Positions 46,546 to 56,303 of a stretch of 64,000 bases of DNA are shown here, in pieces. A model generated the notes under the pieces. The model worked only from the letters and a program-made list of their open reading frames with translations, did no database searches and was not told where the DNA came from. Numbering within the stretch: the first letter of the stretch is position 1; each line of letters opens with the position of its first letter. The translations under genes and the position numbers were made by a program. This DNA is from an uncultured Bacilli bacterium (lineage in GTDB: Bacteria > Bacillota_I > Bacilli_A > ML615J-28 > CAG-313): NCBI GenBank assembly GCA_947591495.1, contig CANQDG010000007.1:1334-65333 (forward strand), read 5' to 3'.

Positions 46546-46908
46546 CTAGAACTTTAATCCGGCTTCTCTTGCCGCATCAGCTAAAGCTTTTACACGTCCA
46601 TGAAATAAGAATCCACCACGATCAAATACAACAGTTGTAATACCAGCTTCAAGTGCTTTTTTAGCAATGCGTTCACCAATTTGTTTAGCAGCCGCAATGT
46701 TTGATGCATTTTCGATTCTATTTCCATTTTCAAATGTAGAAGCAGAAACTAAAGTTACTTGTTTTTCATCATCAATTATTTGAGCAGAAATGTTTTTATT
46801 AGAACGGAATACCGCAAGACGAGGGCGGCTACTAGTTCCTTTAACCACTGCTCTTACGCGTTCATGTCTTGAACGACGGGCAATTTTCTTAGATTTCTTA
46901 ACGATCAT
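46546..46908 (-). CDS. rplR: 50S ribosomal protein L18
   Basis: 120 aa. Contains [19 protein letters not shown]. Confidence 0.97.
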   Translation of the reverse strand: MIVKKSKKIARRSRHERVRAVVKGTSSRPRLAVFRSNKNISAQIIDDEKQVTLVSASTFENGNRIENASNIAAAKQIGERIAKKALEAGITTVVFDRGGFLFHGRVKALADAAREAGLKF

Positions 46909-46927
46909 TTCCTATAGTCTCTCCTTT

Positions 46928-47464
46928 CTACTTAGCTTTCTTTCCTTCTTTACGACGAACGTATTCACCTTGATAACGAATACCTTTACCTTTATAAGGT
47001 TCTGGTTTTCTAATCTTTCTTACTTCCGCCGCAAATTCACCTACTAATTGTTTATCACATCCACTGATATGAATTTCTGTAGGAGTTGGACATACTACCT
47101 TAATACCTTCTGGTAGTTTCATTGGAACAGTGTGTGAATATCCAGCTGAAACAACAAGCGTATCACCTTGTAATTGAGCACGATAACCAACACCATTGAT
47201 TTCTAAAATTTTTGTAAATCCTTCTGATACACCAACAATCATGTTATGAATAATTGCACGAGTTGTGCCGTGTAAAGCACGATGAGGCTTGTCATCAGAT
47301 GGACGAGTTACATAAATTGCACCATCTTTGATTTCGACAGTCATTTCATGATTAAATTTAAAACTTAGTTCACCTTTAGCACCTTTAGTACTAATAGTGT
47401 TACCTTCTAATTTTACTTCAACCCCTTGAGGTATATCAATATGTTTATTACCTATTCTTGACAT
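46928..47464 (-). CDS. rplF: 50S ribosomal protein L6
   Basis: 178 aa. Begins MSRIGNKHIDIPQGVEV. Confidence 0.97.
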   Translation of the reverse strand: MSRIGNKHIDIPQGVEVKLEGNTISTKGAKGELSFKFNHEMTVEIKDGAIYVTRPSDDKPHRALHGTTRAIIHNMIVGVSEGFTKILEINGVGYRAQLQGDTLVVSAGYSHTVPMKLPEGIKVVCPTPTEIHISGCDKQLVGEFAAEVRKIRKPEPYKGKGIRYQGEYVRRKEGKKAK

Positions 47465-47473
47465 ATATACCTC

Positions 47474-47872
47474 CTACCAAACGAAAGCTATAACTTCGCC
47501 GCCAAGTTTATTAGATCTTGCTTCACGGTCAGTCATAATTCCGTTAGATGTTGAAATAATAGCAACTCCTAAACCATTTAATACTTTAGGAAGTTCATTT
47601 GCTTTAGCATAAACTCTAAGACCTGGTTTAGAAATTCTTTTAAGGCCTTTGATAACACGGGTTTTATTTTCAGCATATTTTAATGTTACTTTAATAATAC
47701 CTTGTTTACCATCTTCAATTTTTTCATATTCACTGATATAACCTTCATTCTTTAAAAGGTTTAAAATTTCTAATTTTAAACGAGATGCAGGCATTGAAAC
47801 AGTTGGATGTTTCATTTGATTTGCATTACGAATTCTTGTTAACATATCAGCAATTGGATCAGTCATAACCAT
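47474..47872 (-). CDS. rpsH: 30S ribosomal protein S8
   Basis: 132 aa. Begins [17 protein letters not shown]. Confidence 0.97.
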   Translation of the reverse strand: MVMTDPIADMLTRIRNANQMKHPTVSMPASRLKLEILNLLKNEGYISEYEKIEDGKQGIIKVTLKYAENKTRVIKGLKRISKPGLRVYAKANELPKVLNGLGVAIISTSNGIMTDREARSNKLGGEVIAFVW

Positions 47873-47885
47873 TTTAGGCCTCCTT

Positions 47886-48071
47886 CTACCAACTAGCCTT
47901 AGTTACGCCTGGGATTAATCCTTCATATGCTAATTCTCTAAAGCAAACTCTACATACTTTGAATTTGCGATATACAGCATGAGGACGTCCACAGCGTTCA
48001 CATCTAGTATAATTTCTAGTTGAAAATTTTGCTGGACGAGCACATTTTACTTTTAATGATTTTTTAGCCAT
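47886..48071 (-). CDS. rpsN: 30S ribosomal protein S14, type Z (zinc-binding)
   Basis: 61 aa. Contains CERCGRP...CRVC. Confidence 0.96.
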   Translation of the reverse strand: MAKKSLKVKCARPAKFSTRNYTRCERCGRPHAVYRKFKVCRVCFRELAYEGLIPGVTKASW

Positions 48072-48081
48072 TATTTACCTC

Positions 48082-48624
48082 CTACTTTTTTGCAAAGGGC
48101 ATACCTAAATAACTAAGTAATGCACGACCTTCTTCATCAGTTTTCGCAGTAGTTACGATAACGATATCCATACCACGGATCTTTAATACTTTATCATAAT
48201 TGATTTCAGGGAAAATTAATTGTTCTTTAACGCCAATTGTGTAATTTCCTCTTCCATCAAATGAGTTAGGATTTACACCACGGAAATCTCTAACACGAGG
48301 TAAAGCGATTGAAATTAATTTATCATAGAATTCATACATTCTTTCGCCACGTAAAGTAACTTTAGCACCAATTGACATACCTTCACGAAGTTTAAATACA
48401 GCAATTGATTTTTTAGCTTTAGTAACTAAAGGTTTTTGTCCTGTGATTTGGGTTAAGTCTTCAACTGCAGCATCTAATAATTTAGAGTTGCTAATTGCAT
48501 CACCAACACCCATATTAACTACAATCTTATCAATTTTAGGAACTTGCATAACAGTTGTGTAACCAAAATCTTTTGTAAGTTTTGCGACAACTTCATTTTT
48601 ATATGTTTCTAATACGCGATTCAT
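48082..48624 (-). CDS. rplE: 50S ribosomal protein L5
   Basis: 180 aa. Contains [28 protein letters not shown]. Confidence 0.97.
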   Translation of the reverse strand: MNRVLETYKNEVVAKLTKDFGYTTVMQVPKIDKIVVNMGVGDAISNSKLLDAAVEDLTQITGQKPLVTKAKKSIAVFKLREGMSIGAKVTLRGERMYEFYDKLISIALPRVRDFRGVNPNSFDGRGNYTIGVKEQLIFPEINYDKVLKIRGMDIVIVTTAKTDEEGRALLSYLGMPFAKK

Positions 48625-48639
48625 AACTCAAGCTCCTTT

Positions 48640-48966
48640 CTACTTAATAATAGTTCCAGAAAGTTTGCAATAGCGAACCTTCTTACCATTTTCATCTAAT
48701 TTATAACCTATCTTGGTAGGTTTCTTTTCAACTGGATCTAAGTATGCAACATTAGATACATGAATTGGTGCTTCTTTTTTGGTAATACCACCATCAGGAT
48801 TAGCGTTTGATGGACGATTGTGTTTAGTAACAATATTAACGCCTTTAACGACTACTCGATTTTTAGTAGGGTATACTGCTAAAATTTCACCAGTTGTATA
48901 AGTACCATGATTAGGTTTATGTTTACCGGTAGTAACAACTACTACATCACCTTTTTTAAGTCTCAT
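48640..48966 (-). CDS. rplX: 50S ribosomal protein L24
   Basis: 108 aa with a KOW motif. Begins [17 protein letters not shown]. Confidence 0.96.
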   Translation of the reverse strand: MRLKKGDVVVVTTGKHKPNHGTYTTGEILAVYPTKNRVVVKGVNIVTKHNRPSNANPDGGITKKEAPIHVSNVAYLDPVEKKPTKIGYKLDENGKKVRYCKLSGTIIK

Positions 48967-48981
48967 AACGCGTCTTCCTTT

Positions 48982-49350
48982 CTATAATACTTCAGGTGCT
49001 AAAGAAACAATTTTCATAAAATCTTTTTCACGAAGTTCTCTAGCAACTGGTCCGAAAATACGAGTACCACGAGGGTTCTTATCTTCTTTAATAATAACTG
49101 CCGCATTGTCATCAAATTTAATATAAGATCCATCAGGACGTTTGATTGCTTTTTTGGTACGAACAATGACAGCTTTTACGACATCACCTTTTTTAACCAT
49201 TCCACCAGTTGAAGCGGTTTTTACTGAACATACACAAATATCACCAATTGTAGCAGTTTTGTGGAATGAACCACCTAAAATCTTAATAATCAAAAGTTGT
49301 TTTGCGCCAGTATTATCGGCTACATTTACTCTAGTTTCTTGTTGAACCAT
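48982..49350 (-). CDS. rplN: 50S ribosomal protein L14
   Basis: 122 aa. Begins [17 protein letters not shown]. Confidence 0.97.
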   Translation of the reverse strand: MVQQETRVNVADNTGAKQLLIIKILGGSFHKTATIGDICVCSVKTASTGGMVKKGDVVKAVIVRTKKAIKRPDGSYIKFDDNAAVIIKEDKNPRGTRIFGPVARELREKDFMKIVSLAPEVL

Positions 49351-49364
49351 AAGTTACCTCCTGA

Positions 49365-49625
49365 TTAAATGATTACAGCTTCTTGAACAATCTTCACTAA
49401 ACGATAACGTTTGGTTGCAGAAAGTGGACGAGTTTCCATAATTTCTACAATGTCGCCTTCTTTAGCAGTATTTTGTTCATCATGAGCTCTAAACTTTTTT
49501 GAATATTTTACTCTTTTTCCATATAATGGATGTTTTCTATATGTTTCAACTAAAACAGTAATAGTTTTTTCGTTTTTAGCAGAAACAACTTTACCTACGT
49601 AAACTTTACGACTATTTCTTTCCAT
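49365..49625 (-). CDS. rpsQ: 30S ribosomal protein S17
   Basis: 86 aa. Contains [19 protein letters not shown]. Confidence 0.96.
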   Translation of the reverse strand: MERNSRKVYVGKVVSAKNEKTITVLVETYRKHPLYGKRVKYSKKFRAHDEQNTAKEGDIVEIMETRPLSATKRYRLVKIVQEAVII

Positions 49626-49637
49626 CGTATGCCTCCA

Positions 49638-49895
49638 TTATTGCGCTGCACGTTCAGTAAGAACGGTATAGCATCTTGCAATTTCTTTTTTTACTTTACG
49701 AAGTTGAGCAGTATTTTCAAGTTTTCCTACTTCAGCTTGGAAACGTAAATTAAATAATTCTTGTTTTAATTCGTTAATTTTAGTTTGGATTTCTGCATCG
49801 GTTAAATCACGAATTTTACCAGCAGCGGATTTCTTTTCAGCAATTTTCTTTGCTGTTTTTTTATCAACTTTTACTTTTTTCTCTTTTGCTGCCAT
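49638..49895 (-). CDS. rpmC: 50S ribosomal protein L29 (with a ~25-aa Lys-rich N-terminal extension)
   Basis: 85 aa. Contains [11 protein letters not shown]. The ATG overlaps the rplP stop (TAATG). Confidence 0.93.
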   Translation of the reverse strand: MAAKEKKVKVDKKTAKKIAEKKSAAGKIRDLTDAEIQTKINELKQELFNLRFQAEVGKLENTAQLRKVKKEIARCYTVLTERAAQ

Positions 49896-50314
49896 TAACG
49901 ATCACCACTTTCTCTAACGACAAATTTAGTTTTAACTGGAAGTTTATGAGAAGCAAGTCTTAATGCTTCACGAGCAATTTCTTCTGATACACCACCAATT
50001 TCAAACATAATTGTACCATCTTTTACTACTGCTACATAGCCGTCGGGAGCACCTTTACCAGAACCCATACGAACTTCTAGCGGTTTTTTAGTTCTAATAT
50101 TGTGAGGGAAAATTTTAATCCAAACTTTACCATCACGTTTCATATAACGCGTCATTGCAATACGAGCAGCCTCGATTTGACGGTCAGTAATCCAAGCACC
50201 TTCTAAAGATTGAAGGCCAAATTCACCAAATGTAATTGTTCTTCCACCTTTAGCTTTTCCTTCATAACTTACACGATGAGGACGACGGAATTTTGTTCTT
50301 TTAGGCATTAACAT
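49895..50314 (-). CDS. rplP: 50S ribosomal protein L16
   Basis: 139 aa. Begins [14 protein letters not shown]. Confidence 0.97.
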   Translation of the reverse strand: MLMPKRTKFRRPHRVSYEGKAKGGRTITFGEFGLQSLEGAWITDRQIEAARIAMTRYMKRDGKVWIKIFPHNIRTKKPLEVRMGSGKGAPDGYVAVVKDGTIMFEIGGVSEEIAREALRLASHKLPVKTKFVVRESGDR

Positions 50315-50316
50315 AA

Positions 50317-50988
50317 TTACTTATCCTCCTTACTTGGTACAGTTTTTTTTGCAGCAGGTAAAACTTCGCCTTTGTTAATCCAAACTTTAACGCCAAGTTT
50401 TCCATAAGTAGTAGCTGCTTCGGCTGTTGCATAGTCGATATTAGCACGGAAAGTATGTAGAGGAACGCTACCTTCTGAATACCATTCACTACGTGCTATT
50501 TCGGCACCACCAAGACGACCTGAAACCATTGTTTTAATACCTTTGGCTCCAGCTTTTAAAGCCTTTTGAATTGCCATTTTTTGTACACGTCTAAATGATG
50601 CACGATTTTCTAAATCTTCAGCCATTTTACGTGCTACAATTTTTGCATCTTTATCAGATTCAATTTGTTTAACTTCAACAACTGTTAAGAAAACATTTTT
50701 ACCTGTTAATTTTTCAAGGCGTTTTACGGCTTCATTTTTCTTTGAGCCTTGTGCACCTATAACAATACCAGGTTTACCGGCATGAATTGTGACGATTACT
50801 CTTTTGCCTGTACGCTTTATTTCAATTCTTGAAACATAAGCAGCTTTATAAAAATCATTTAGGAATTCACGAATTTTTAAATCTTCTAATAAAAGATTAG
50901 CAACTTTATTTTTAGGGGCATACCATTTAGCATCCCATTCGCGAATAATGCCAATTCTTAATCCTACTGGACTTACCTTTTGACCCAT
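50317..50988 (-). CDS. rpsC: 30S ribosomal protein S3
   Basis: 223 aa. Begins [14 protein letters not shown]. Confidence 0.97.
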   Translation of the reverse strand: MGQKVSPVGLRIGIIREWDAKWYAPKNKVANLLLEDLKIREFLNDFYKAAYVSRIEIKRTGKRVIVTIHAGKPGIVIGAQGSKKNEAVKRLEKLTGKNVFLTVVEVKQIESDKDAKIVARKMAEDLENRASFRRVQKMAIQKALKAGAKGIKTMVSGRLGGAEIARSEWYSEGSVPLHTFRANIDYATAEAATTYGKLGVKVWINKGEVLPAAKKTVPSKEDK

Positions 50989-51002
50989 ATGTTTCCTCCT
51001 TC

Positions 51003-51341
51003 CTAGTTGTTATCTGCCACTACAACTGTAATGTGGCTAGTTCTTTTTAAAATTCGATTGCCGCTTCCTTTTGCACGAGCTCTCATTCGCTTTAAGGTTG
51101 CGCCTTCGTTAACATATATTTCTTTTACAACAAGTTCTTCTACATTCATACCATAGTTATGATCTGCATTAGCAACAGCTGAATGTAAAACTTTTAAAAT
51201 AGGTTCGGTTGCGGTACTTTTAGTTGTATGTAAAATACCAATTGCTTGACCTACTTTTTTACCACGAATTAAGTCAACTACAAGTCGTGCTTTTCGAGGA
51301 GATACTCTAACTGATTTTGCGATTGCTTTAGCTTCTGCCAT
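51003..51341 (-). CDS. rplV: 50S ribosomal protein L22
   Basis: [21 protein letters not shown]. The ATG at 51341 lies 5 nt after AGGTGG. The track start at 51350 is a GTG inside the RBS. Confidence 0.96.
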   Translation of the reverse strand: MAEAKAIAKSVRVSPRKARLVVDLIRGKKVGQAIGILHTTKSTATEPILKVLHSAVANADHNYGMNVEELVVKEIYVNEGATLKRMRARAKGSGNRILKRTSHITVVVADNN

Positions 51342-51352
51342 ATTTTCCACCT

Positions 51353-51631
51353 CTACTTCTTAGCAACTTTCTTATCTTTGCCGTGACCACGATAAGTTCT
51401 AGTAGGTGCAAATTCACCAAATTTATGACCTACCATATCTTCAGTTATATAAACAGGTATATGTTCTCTACCGTTATGAACTGCTACTGTGTGTCCAACA
51501 AATTCAGGAAAAATAGTTGATCTTCTTGACCAAGTTTGAATAACCTTCTTTTGATTGCTTTCATTTAATGCAACAACTTTTTTCATTAAATGTTCATCAA
51601 TAAAAGGACCTTTTTTAAGTGAACGTGACAT
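51353..51631 (-). CDS. rpsS: 30S ribosomal protein S19
   Basis: 92 aa. Begins [12 protein letters not shown]. Confidence 0.97.
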   Translation of the reverse strand: MSRSLKKGPFIDEHLMKKVVALNESNQKKVIQTWSRRSTIFPEFVGHTVAVHNGREHIPVYITEDMVGHKFGEFAPTRTYRGHGKDKKVAKK

Positions 51632-51646
51632 ATATTTGGTTCCCTC

Positions 51647-52480
51647 CTATTTATCATTTCTACGACGAACGATAAGTCCGTTAGTTTTATTTTTGGTTTT
51701 TCTTGTTTTAAGACCTAGAGCAACTTTACCCCAAGGTGTCATTGGTGCTTTACGTCCAATTGGTTGACGACCTTCACCACCACCATGAGGGTGATCATTA
51801 GGGTTCATAACTGATCCACGTACAGTTGGGCGCACACCCATATGACGTTTACGACCAGCTTTACCAATGTTTACAAGTGAGTAATCTAGATTACCAACTG
51901 TCCCAATTGTTGCACGACATTCATTTAAAACACGGCGAACTTCACCACTTCCAAGACGTACTAATACATAACGATCTTCACGTCCTAAGATTTGGGCTGC
52001 AGCACCTGCTGCTCTTACAAGTTGTCCACCATGACCTGGATGAAGTTCAATATTGTGAATAGTTGTACCTACTGGAATATTAACAATTGGAAGAGTGTTA
52101 CCAACAGTAATATCAACATTTTCACCAGATAAAATTGTTTGGCCTACTTTTAAATCTTTTGGTGCTAAGATATAGCGTTTTTCACCATCTGCATAGCAAA
52201 CAAGAGCAATATTAGCACTACGATTTGGATCATATTCGATTGTTTTAACGGTTGCAGGAATATTATCTTTATTACGTTTAAAATCGATTAAACGATATTT
52301 TCTTTTTTCAGCTCCACCTTTATGTCTTACGGTGATTACACCTTGAGCATTACGTCCTGCTTTTTTATTTAGAGGAACTAGAAGGCTCTTCTCGGGTTTG
52401 TCAGTTGTAATTTCATCATAAACTAAAACTGTCATGTTTCTTCTACCATTGGTAGTAGGTTTATAATTTCTTATAGCCAT
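51647..52480 (-). CDS. rplB: 50S ribosomal protein L2
   Basis: 277 aa. Contains [19 protein letters not shown]. Confidence 0.98.
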   Translation of the reverse strand: MAIRNYKPTTNGRRNMTVLVYDEITTDKPEKSLLVPLNKKAGRNAQGVITVRHKGGAEKRKYRLIDFKRNKDNIPATVKTIEYDPNRSANIALVCYADGEKRYILAPKDLKVGQTILSGENVDITVGNTLPIVNIPVGTTIHNIELHPGHGGQLVRAAGAAAQILGREDRYVLVRLGSGEVRRVLNECRATIGTVGNLDYSLVNIGKAGRKRHMGVRPTVRGSVMNPNDHPHGGGEGRQPIGRKAPMTPWGKVALGLKTRKTKNKTNGLIVRRRNDK

Positions 52481-52498
52481 ATTTTCTTCCTCCTATCA

Positions 52499-52783
52499 CT
52501 ATACTTCGAATACGTCGATCGATTGACCTTCAGCAAGTCTTATAATAGCTTTCTTATAAGATGCTTTATAGCCTTCGTATCTTTGTAATCTTTTTGGTTT
52601 TCTATGAACATTAATTGTTCTTACTTCAACAACTTTAACATTGAAAATTTCTTCAATGGCTTTTTTGATTTCAATTTTGTTAGCGTCTTTAGCAACTTCA
52701 AAAGTATATTGAAGTTTATCTACTAAGCCACTAGCTTTTTCTGTAATGATTGGTCTTTTAATAATATCATAACTTGATTTCAT
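52499..52783 (-). CDS. rplW: 50S ribosomal protein L23
   Basis: 94 aa. Contains DIIKRPIITEKA. Confidence 0.96.
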   Translation of the reverse strand: MKSSYDIIKRPIITEKASGLVDKLQYTFEVAKDANKIEIKKAIEEIFNVKVVEVRTINVHRKPKRLQRYEGYKASYKKAIIRLAEGQSIDVFEV

Positions 52784-53409
52784 TATTTAAGAACCTCCTC
52801 AAATTTTTCAACTGCAGCTTTAGTGATAACTAAATTTTTAACATTCATCATTTGATAAACTGATACATGGTCATATTTGCTAACTAAAACATTAGGGATG
52901 TTACGTCCAGCAATTTCAATATTACCATTTGCTTCTTCAAGCACTAAAGCAACTTTGGTGTTTTCTAAATTAAATGCTTTTAAGACTTCAACTAAGCCTT
53001 TTGTTTTAAATGTTTCAAGGCTAATGCTATCAAGTACAAAAATATGATTTTCACGAACCTTTGTACTTAATGCACAACGCATTGCAAGTCTAACAACTTT
53101 TTTATTAACTTTAACAGCATGTGATCTTGGGGTTGGAGCAAATACAACACCACCACCACGCCATTGTGGAGCTCTGATTGAACCTTGTCTTGCACGACCA
53201 GTACCTTTTTGACGCCAAGGTTTACGACCACCACCACTTACTTCAGAACGCGTTTTAGCTTTTTGTGTGCCTTGACGCATTGCCGCACGTTCTGCAATAA
53301 CTGTATCAAAAATTGCTTGTTGATTATCTTCAACTCCAAAAACATTATCATTTAATACAACTTCACCAACTTGTGAACCACTTTGGTTATATAATACAAC
53401 TTTTGGCAT
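52783..53409 (-). CDS. rplD: 50S ribosomal protein L4
   Basis: 208 aa. Contains GGGRKPWRQKGTGRARQGSIRAPQW. Confidence 0.97.
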   Translation of the reverse strand: MPKVVLYNQSGSQVGEVVLNDNVFGVEDNQQAIFDTVIAERAAMRQGTQKAKTRSEVSGGGRKPWRQKGTGRARQGSIRAPQWRGGGVVFAPTPRSHAVKVNKKVVRLAMRCALSTKVRENHIFVLDSISLETFKTKGLVEVLKAFNLENTKVALVLEEANGNIEIAGRNIPNVLVSKYDHVSVYQMMNVKNLVITKAAVEKFEEVLK

Positions 53410-53427
53410 GTGTTTTTACTCCTTTCC

Positions 53428-54087
53428 TTAAGCTAATGCTTCAGGGTTAATTTCTGGTTTTTTAGCTTTTACAGCATTTTGAACTACAACAAATGAGTTC
53501 TTAGCACCAGGCACATTACCCTTAATTAAAATTACGTTGTTTTCTGCATCGTATTTAACAAATACAAGGTTTTGAACCGTTTTAGTTTCGCCACCCATTC
53601 TTCCTGGTAATTTCTTACCTGGTTTAATACGAGCAGGTTGGATTGAACCCATTGATCCTGTTCCACGATGGTAACCAGATCCATGAGCAGCAGGTCCTAG
53701 ATGATAATTCCAACGTTTAATTACACCTTGATAACCTTTACCTTTTGAAGTACCTGTTACATCAACAAGTTCACCTTCAACAAAAATATTTCCTTTAACC
53801 TCTTGTCCAACTTCAAACGCTAGCATCTCTTCCCCAGCGATTTCTTTTACGAAGCGCTTAGGGGCTGTATTAGCTTTTGCTGCATGTCCTTTTTCAGGTT
53901 TGGTTGCTGACTTTTCTTTTTTATCAGCATAGCCAAGTTGCACAGCAGCATAACCATCAGTTTCAACAGTCTTTTTTTGTAATACTACGTTCGGAGTTAC
54001 TTCGATTACTGTAACAGGGATTAAAGCGCCTGTTTCAGTAAAAATTTGTGTCATTCCGATTTTTTTACCTAAGATTCCTTTGGCCAT
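53428..54087 (-). CDS. rplC: 50S ribosomal protein L3
   Basis: 219 aa. Begins [16 protein letters not shown]. Confidence 0.97.
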   Translation of the reverse strand: MAKGILGKKIGMTQIFTETGALIPVTVIEVTPNVVLQKKTVETDGYAAVQLGYADKKEKSATKPEKGHAAKANTAPKRFVKEIAGEEMLAFEVGQEVKGNIFVEGELVDVTGTSKGKGYQGVIKRWNYHLGPAAHGSGYHRGTGSMGSIQPARIKPGKKLPGRMGGETKTVQNLVFVKYDAENNVILIKGNVPGAKNSFVVVQNAVKAKKPEINPEALA

Positions 54088-54108
54088 GAGTTTACCTCCT
54101 TTTTAAAC

Positions 54109-54417
54109 TTATTTTAAAACGATATCGACACCGGATGGAAGTTCTAGATGAACTAATGCATCCATTGTTTTAGGAGTCATATTTACAATATCAATTAAAC
54201 GCTTATGAGTACGTCTTTCAAATTGTTCACGGCTATCTTTATATTTGTGTGGTGAACGAATGATTGTAAATACTTCCTTTTCTGTAGGTAGTGGAATAGG
54301 ACCAGATACTTTAGCACCTGTTCTTTTGCACGCATCTACAATTTTTTTCGCAGATTCATCAAGTAATCTGTGATCATAAGATAATAATCTTATTCTTAAT
54401 TTTTTTTCTTTTGCCAT
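54109..54417 (-). CDS. rpsJ: 30S ribosomal protein S10
   Basis: 102 aa. Contains [14 protein letters not shown]...[13 protein letters not shown]. Confidence 0.97.
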   Translation of the reverse strand: MAKEKKLRIRLLSYDHRLLDESAKKIVDACKRTGAKVSGPIPLPTEKEVFTIIRSPHKYKDSREQFERRTHKRLIDIVNMTPKTMDALVHLELPSGVDIVLK

Positions 54418-54549
54418 TTTTTTCCTCCTAGCTTGATTATATAAGCTAATAGCTCAATGCAAATTACCTGGCTATCACTTATGGTAACGACAACTCAACC
54501 GTGTGTACCAGCAACCTTGCATATCACAGCCTTCTTTTTAGCCTTAAAT

Positions 54550-54577
54550 ATTATACTTATTTTCCATTTTTTATCAA
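54550..54577 (-). promoter_or_regulatory. putative promoter of the S10 operon
   Basis: On the minus strand, TTGATA (54577-54572), a 16-nt spacer, then TATAAT (54555-54550). This leaves a leader of about 125 nt. Confidence 0.45.
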
Positions 54578-54672
54578 ATGTTATGCTCTTTTTTTCTTAA
54601 AGTTTGCTATAAAAAAGTAAACCTAATCCTTTTATTTTAATTTTTGTTTATTGATTATTTCCGCAGTATATT

Positions 54673-54707
54673 AAAAAAAGTAAATGCTTAGTTAACTAAG
54701 CACTTAC
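54673..54707 (-). terminator. intrinsic terminator of the GLUG lipoprotein gene (the stop codon lies in the loop)
   Basis: GTAAGTGCTTAG-TTAA-CTAAGCATTTAC followed by TTTTTTT on the minus strand. Confidence 0.75.
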
Positions 54708-56297
54708 CTTTTTAAGCGTTGGATATGTAGTAAAGTTCCAAATGGCTTCAGCAAAATTTAAAGCGTTTTGATAAAAATCTGTGGTTAAATCTTTTTCTTC
54801 AACTAATTTACCAATTGATGATTCTTGGCTACAATTAATTATTTGATTTTCTATTTTGAAACAATTTTCAATATTACTCTTACCATATTCGTCACCTACT
54901 AAGCCTCCACCAAAACTATCATAGGAATTGTCACTTAATAAAACATTTCCGGTTGCAAGGCAATCTTTAATACTTCCACTATTTATTCCAACTAAACCTC
55001 CACCTGTTGCTTTTCTTGCGTATGCAGATGATAAAGCATAAACATTTCCAGTAGCATAAGATGTAATAATTTCAGGAATAGCCTTTTCGGAAGTATCGCT
55101 ATCATCATAATTACTACCTACTAGACCTCCTGCACAAGTATTTTCCTCTTTACTAACGATGCTAATATTACCGGTGGCATACGTATTTTTTATACTATTT
55201 TGGTTGATTCCAACTAGGCCTCCTGCATCAATACTACCATATTCACTCAAAGCATCGATATTACCAGTAGCATAATTGCTATTAATTTGACCTTGATTTA
55301 ATCCAACCAAACCACCAAGGATTAAAGCACAATTAGATGATGGAACATTTATTAAACTAGTTGAATAAGAATTAGTAATTTCATGCCCTAAACCATTTTT
55401 TCCAACTAAACCACCAATAACATTTTTTTCTTTATCACTAGAACCAAACGAATACGAAGGAGCTTCTGATTGAAGTGTTATTTGACCTTTCGAACTTGAT
55501 TGATCAATAGATCCATTATTTAATCCTACTAAATTTCCTGCTAAAATAAAACTTTTAGCATCAAGCACCATCTGAATATTAGTTGCAGAATTCTTTACTA
55601 TGCTACTATTTTCACCAACTAAACCACCCACGATAATTTGCTCGCTGGCATTTTCTTTATTATTTAAAATAAGATCACCTGTTAGATTACAATTAATAAT
55701 TAAACCACTATTTTCAACCACTAGTAAACCAATTTCTAATTCATTATCTATATTTAAATTTAAACTTATATTATTTATATTTAGATTATAAATTGCACCA
55801 GTATTTTTAGAAAAGATACCATATTTATTAGAACTATTTGCCTCAGTTAACTTTAAATTAGAAATTGAATGGTTGTTTCCATATAAAATACTTGTTAGTT
55901 CAATTGAGACATAGTTAATATTTCCTTTTAAATCAAGATCTTTGGTCAAAACATATATAACATTTTTTTCATTTTTAATTTGTGTTAAATCAGTTATTGC
56001 AACAATCTGTTCTGGGACGCTTTTACCTTTTAGTTTAAGATTAGGTGTTACTTTTTCGATGCCTTTTCCGTCATTAGTAGTATAAATTTTATTATCGTCA
56101 TCTATCCAAATTAAATTTTTGTAATTTTTAGCCTCAGTTGGTAAACTATAATTAGTATCATCAATATCAACTTGCTTAAAAAGCTTATTATCAATATACA
56201 AATTAATTTGACATTTGTTATTGTTACATCCACTTATTATAAATAACAAACCAACAAGTATAATAAAGATATTGAAATTAATCAATTTTCGTTTCAT
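54696..56297 (-). CDS. lipoprotein with GLUG-motif repeats
   Basis: 533 aa. Lipobox IISGC. At least seven GGLVG(x)N repeats (GGLVGEN, GGLVGKN, GGLVGLN, GGLVGIN and others). Confidence 0.7.
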   Translation of the reverse strand: MKRKLINFNIFIILVGLLFIISGCNNNKCQINLYIDNKLFKQVDIDDTNYSLPTEAKNYKNLIWIDDDNKIYTTNDGKGIEKVTPNLKLKGKSVPEQIVAITDLTQIKNEKNVIYVLTKDLDLKGNINYVSIELTSILYGNNHSISNLKLTEANSSNKYGIFSKNTGAIYNLNINNISLNLNIDNELEIGLLVVENSGLIINCNLTGDLILNNKENASEQIIVGGLVGENSSIVKNSATNIQMVLDAKSFILAGNLVGLNNGSIDQSSSKGQITLQSEAPSYSFGSSDKEKNVIGGLVGKNGLGHEITNSYSTSLINVPSSNCALILGGLVGLNQGQINSNYATGNIDALSEYGSIDAGGLVGINQNSIKNTYATGNISIVSKEENTCAGGLVGSNYDDSDTSEKAIPEIITSYATGNVYALSSAYARKATGGGLVGINSGSIKDCLATGNVLLSDNSYDSFGGGLVGDEYGKSNIENCFKIENQIINCSQESSIGKLVEEKDLTTDFYQNALNFAEAIWNFTTYPTLKKVSA

Positions 56298-56303
56298 TAT
56301 CTT

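Noticed and set aside
54460-54540. GC-rich patch upstream of rpsJ, considered as a tRNA or other small RNA gene
   Set aside because: I could not build a cloverleaf: there is no GTTCRA T-loop and no acceptor pairing. It sits between a promoter and an RBS, so it is treated as a 5' leader (see the findings).
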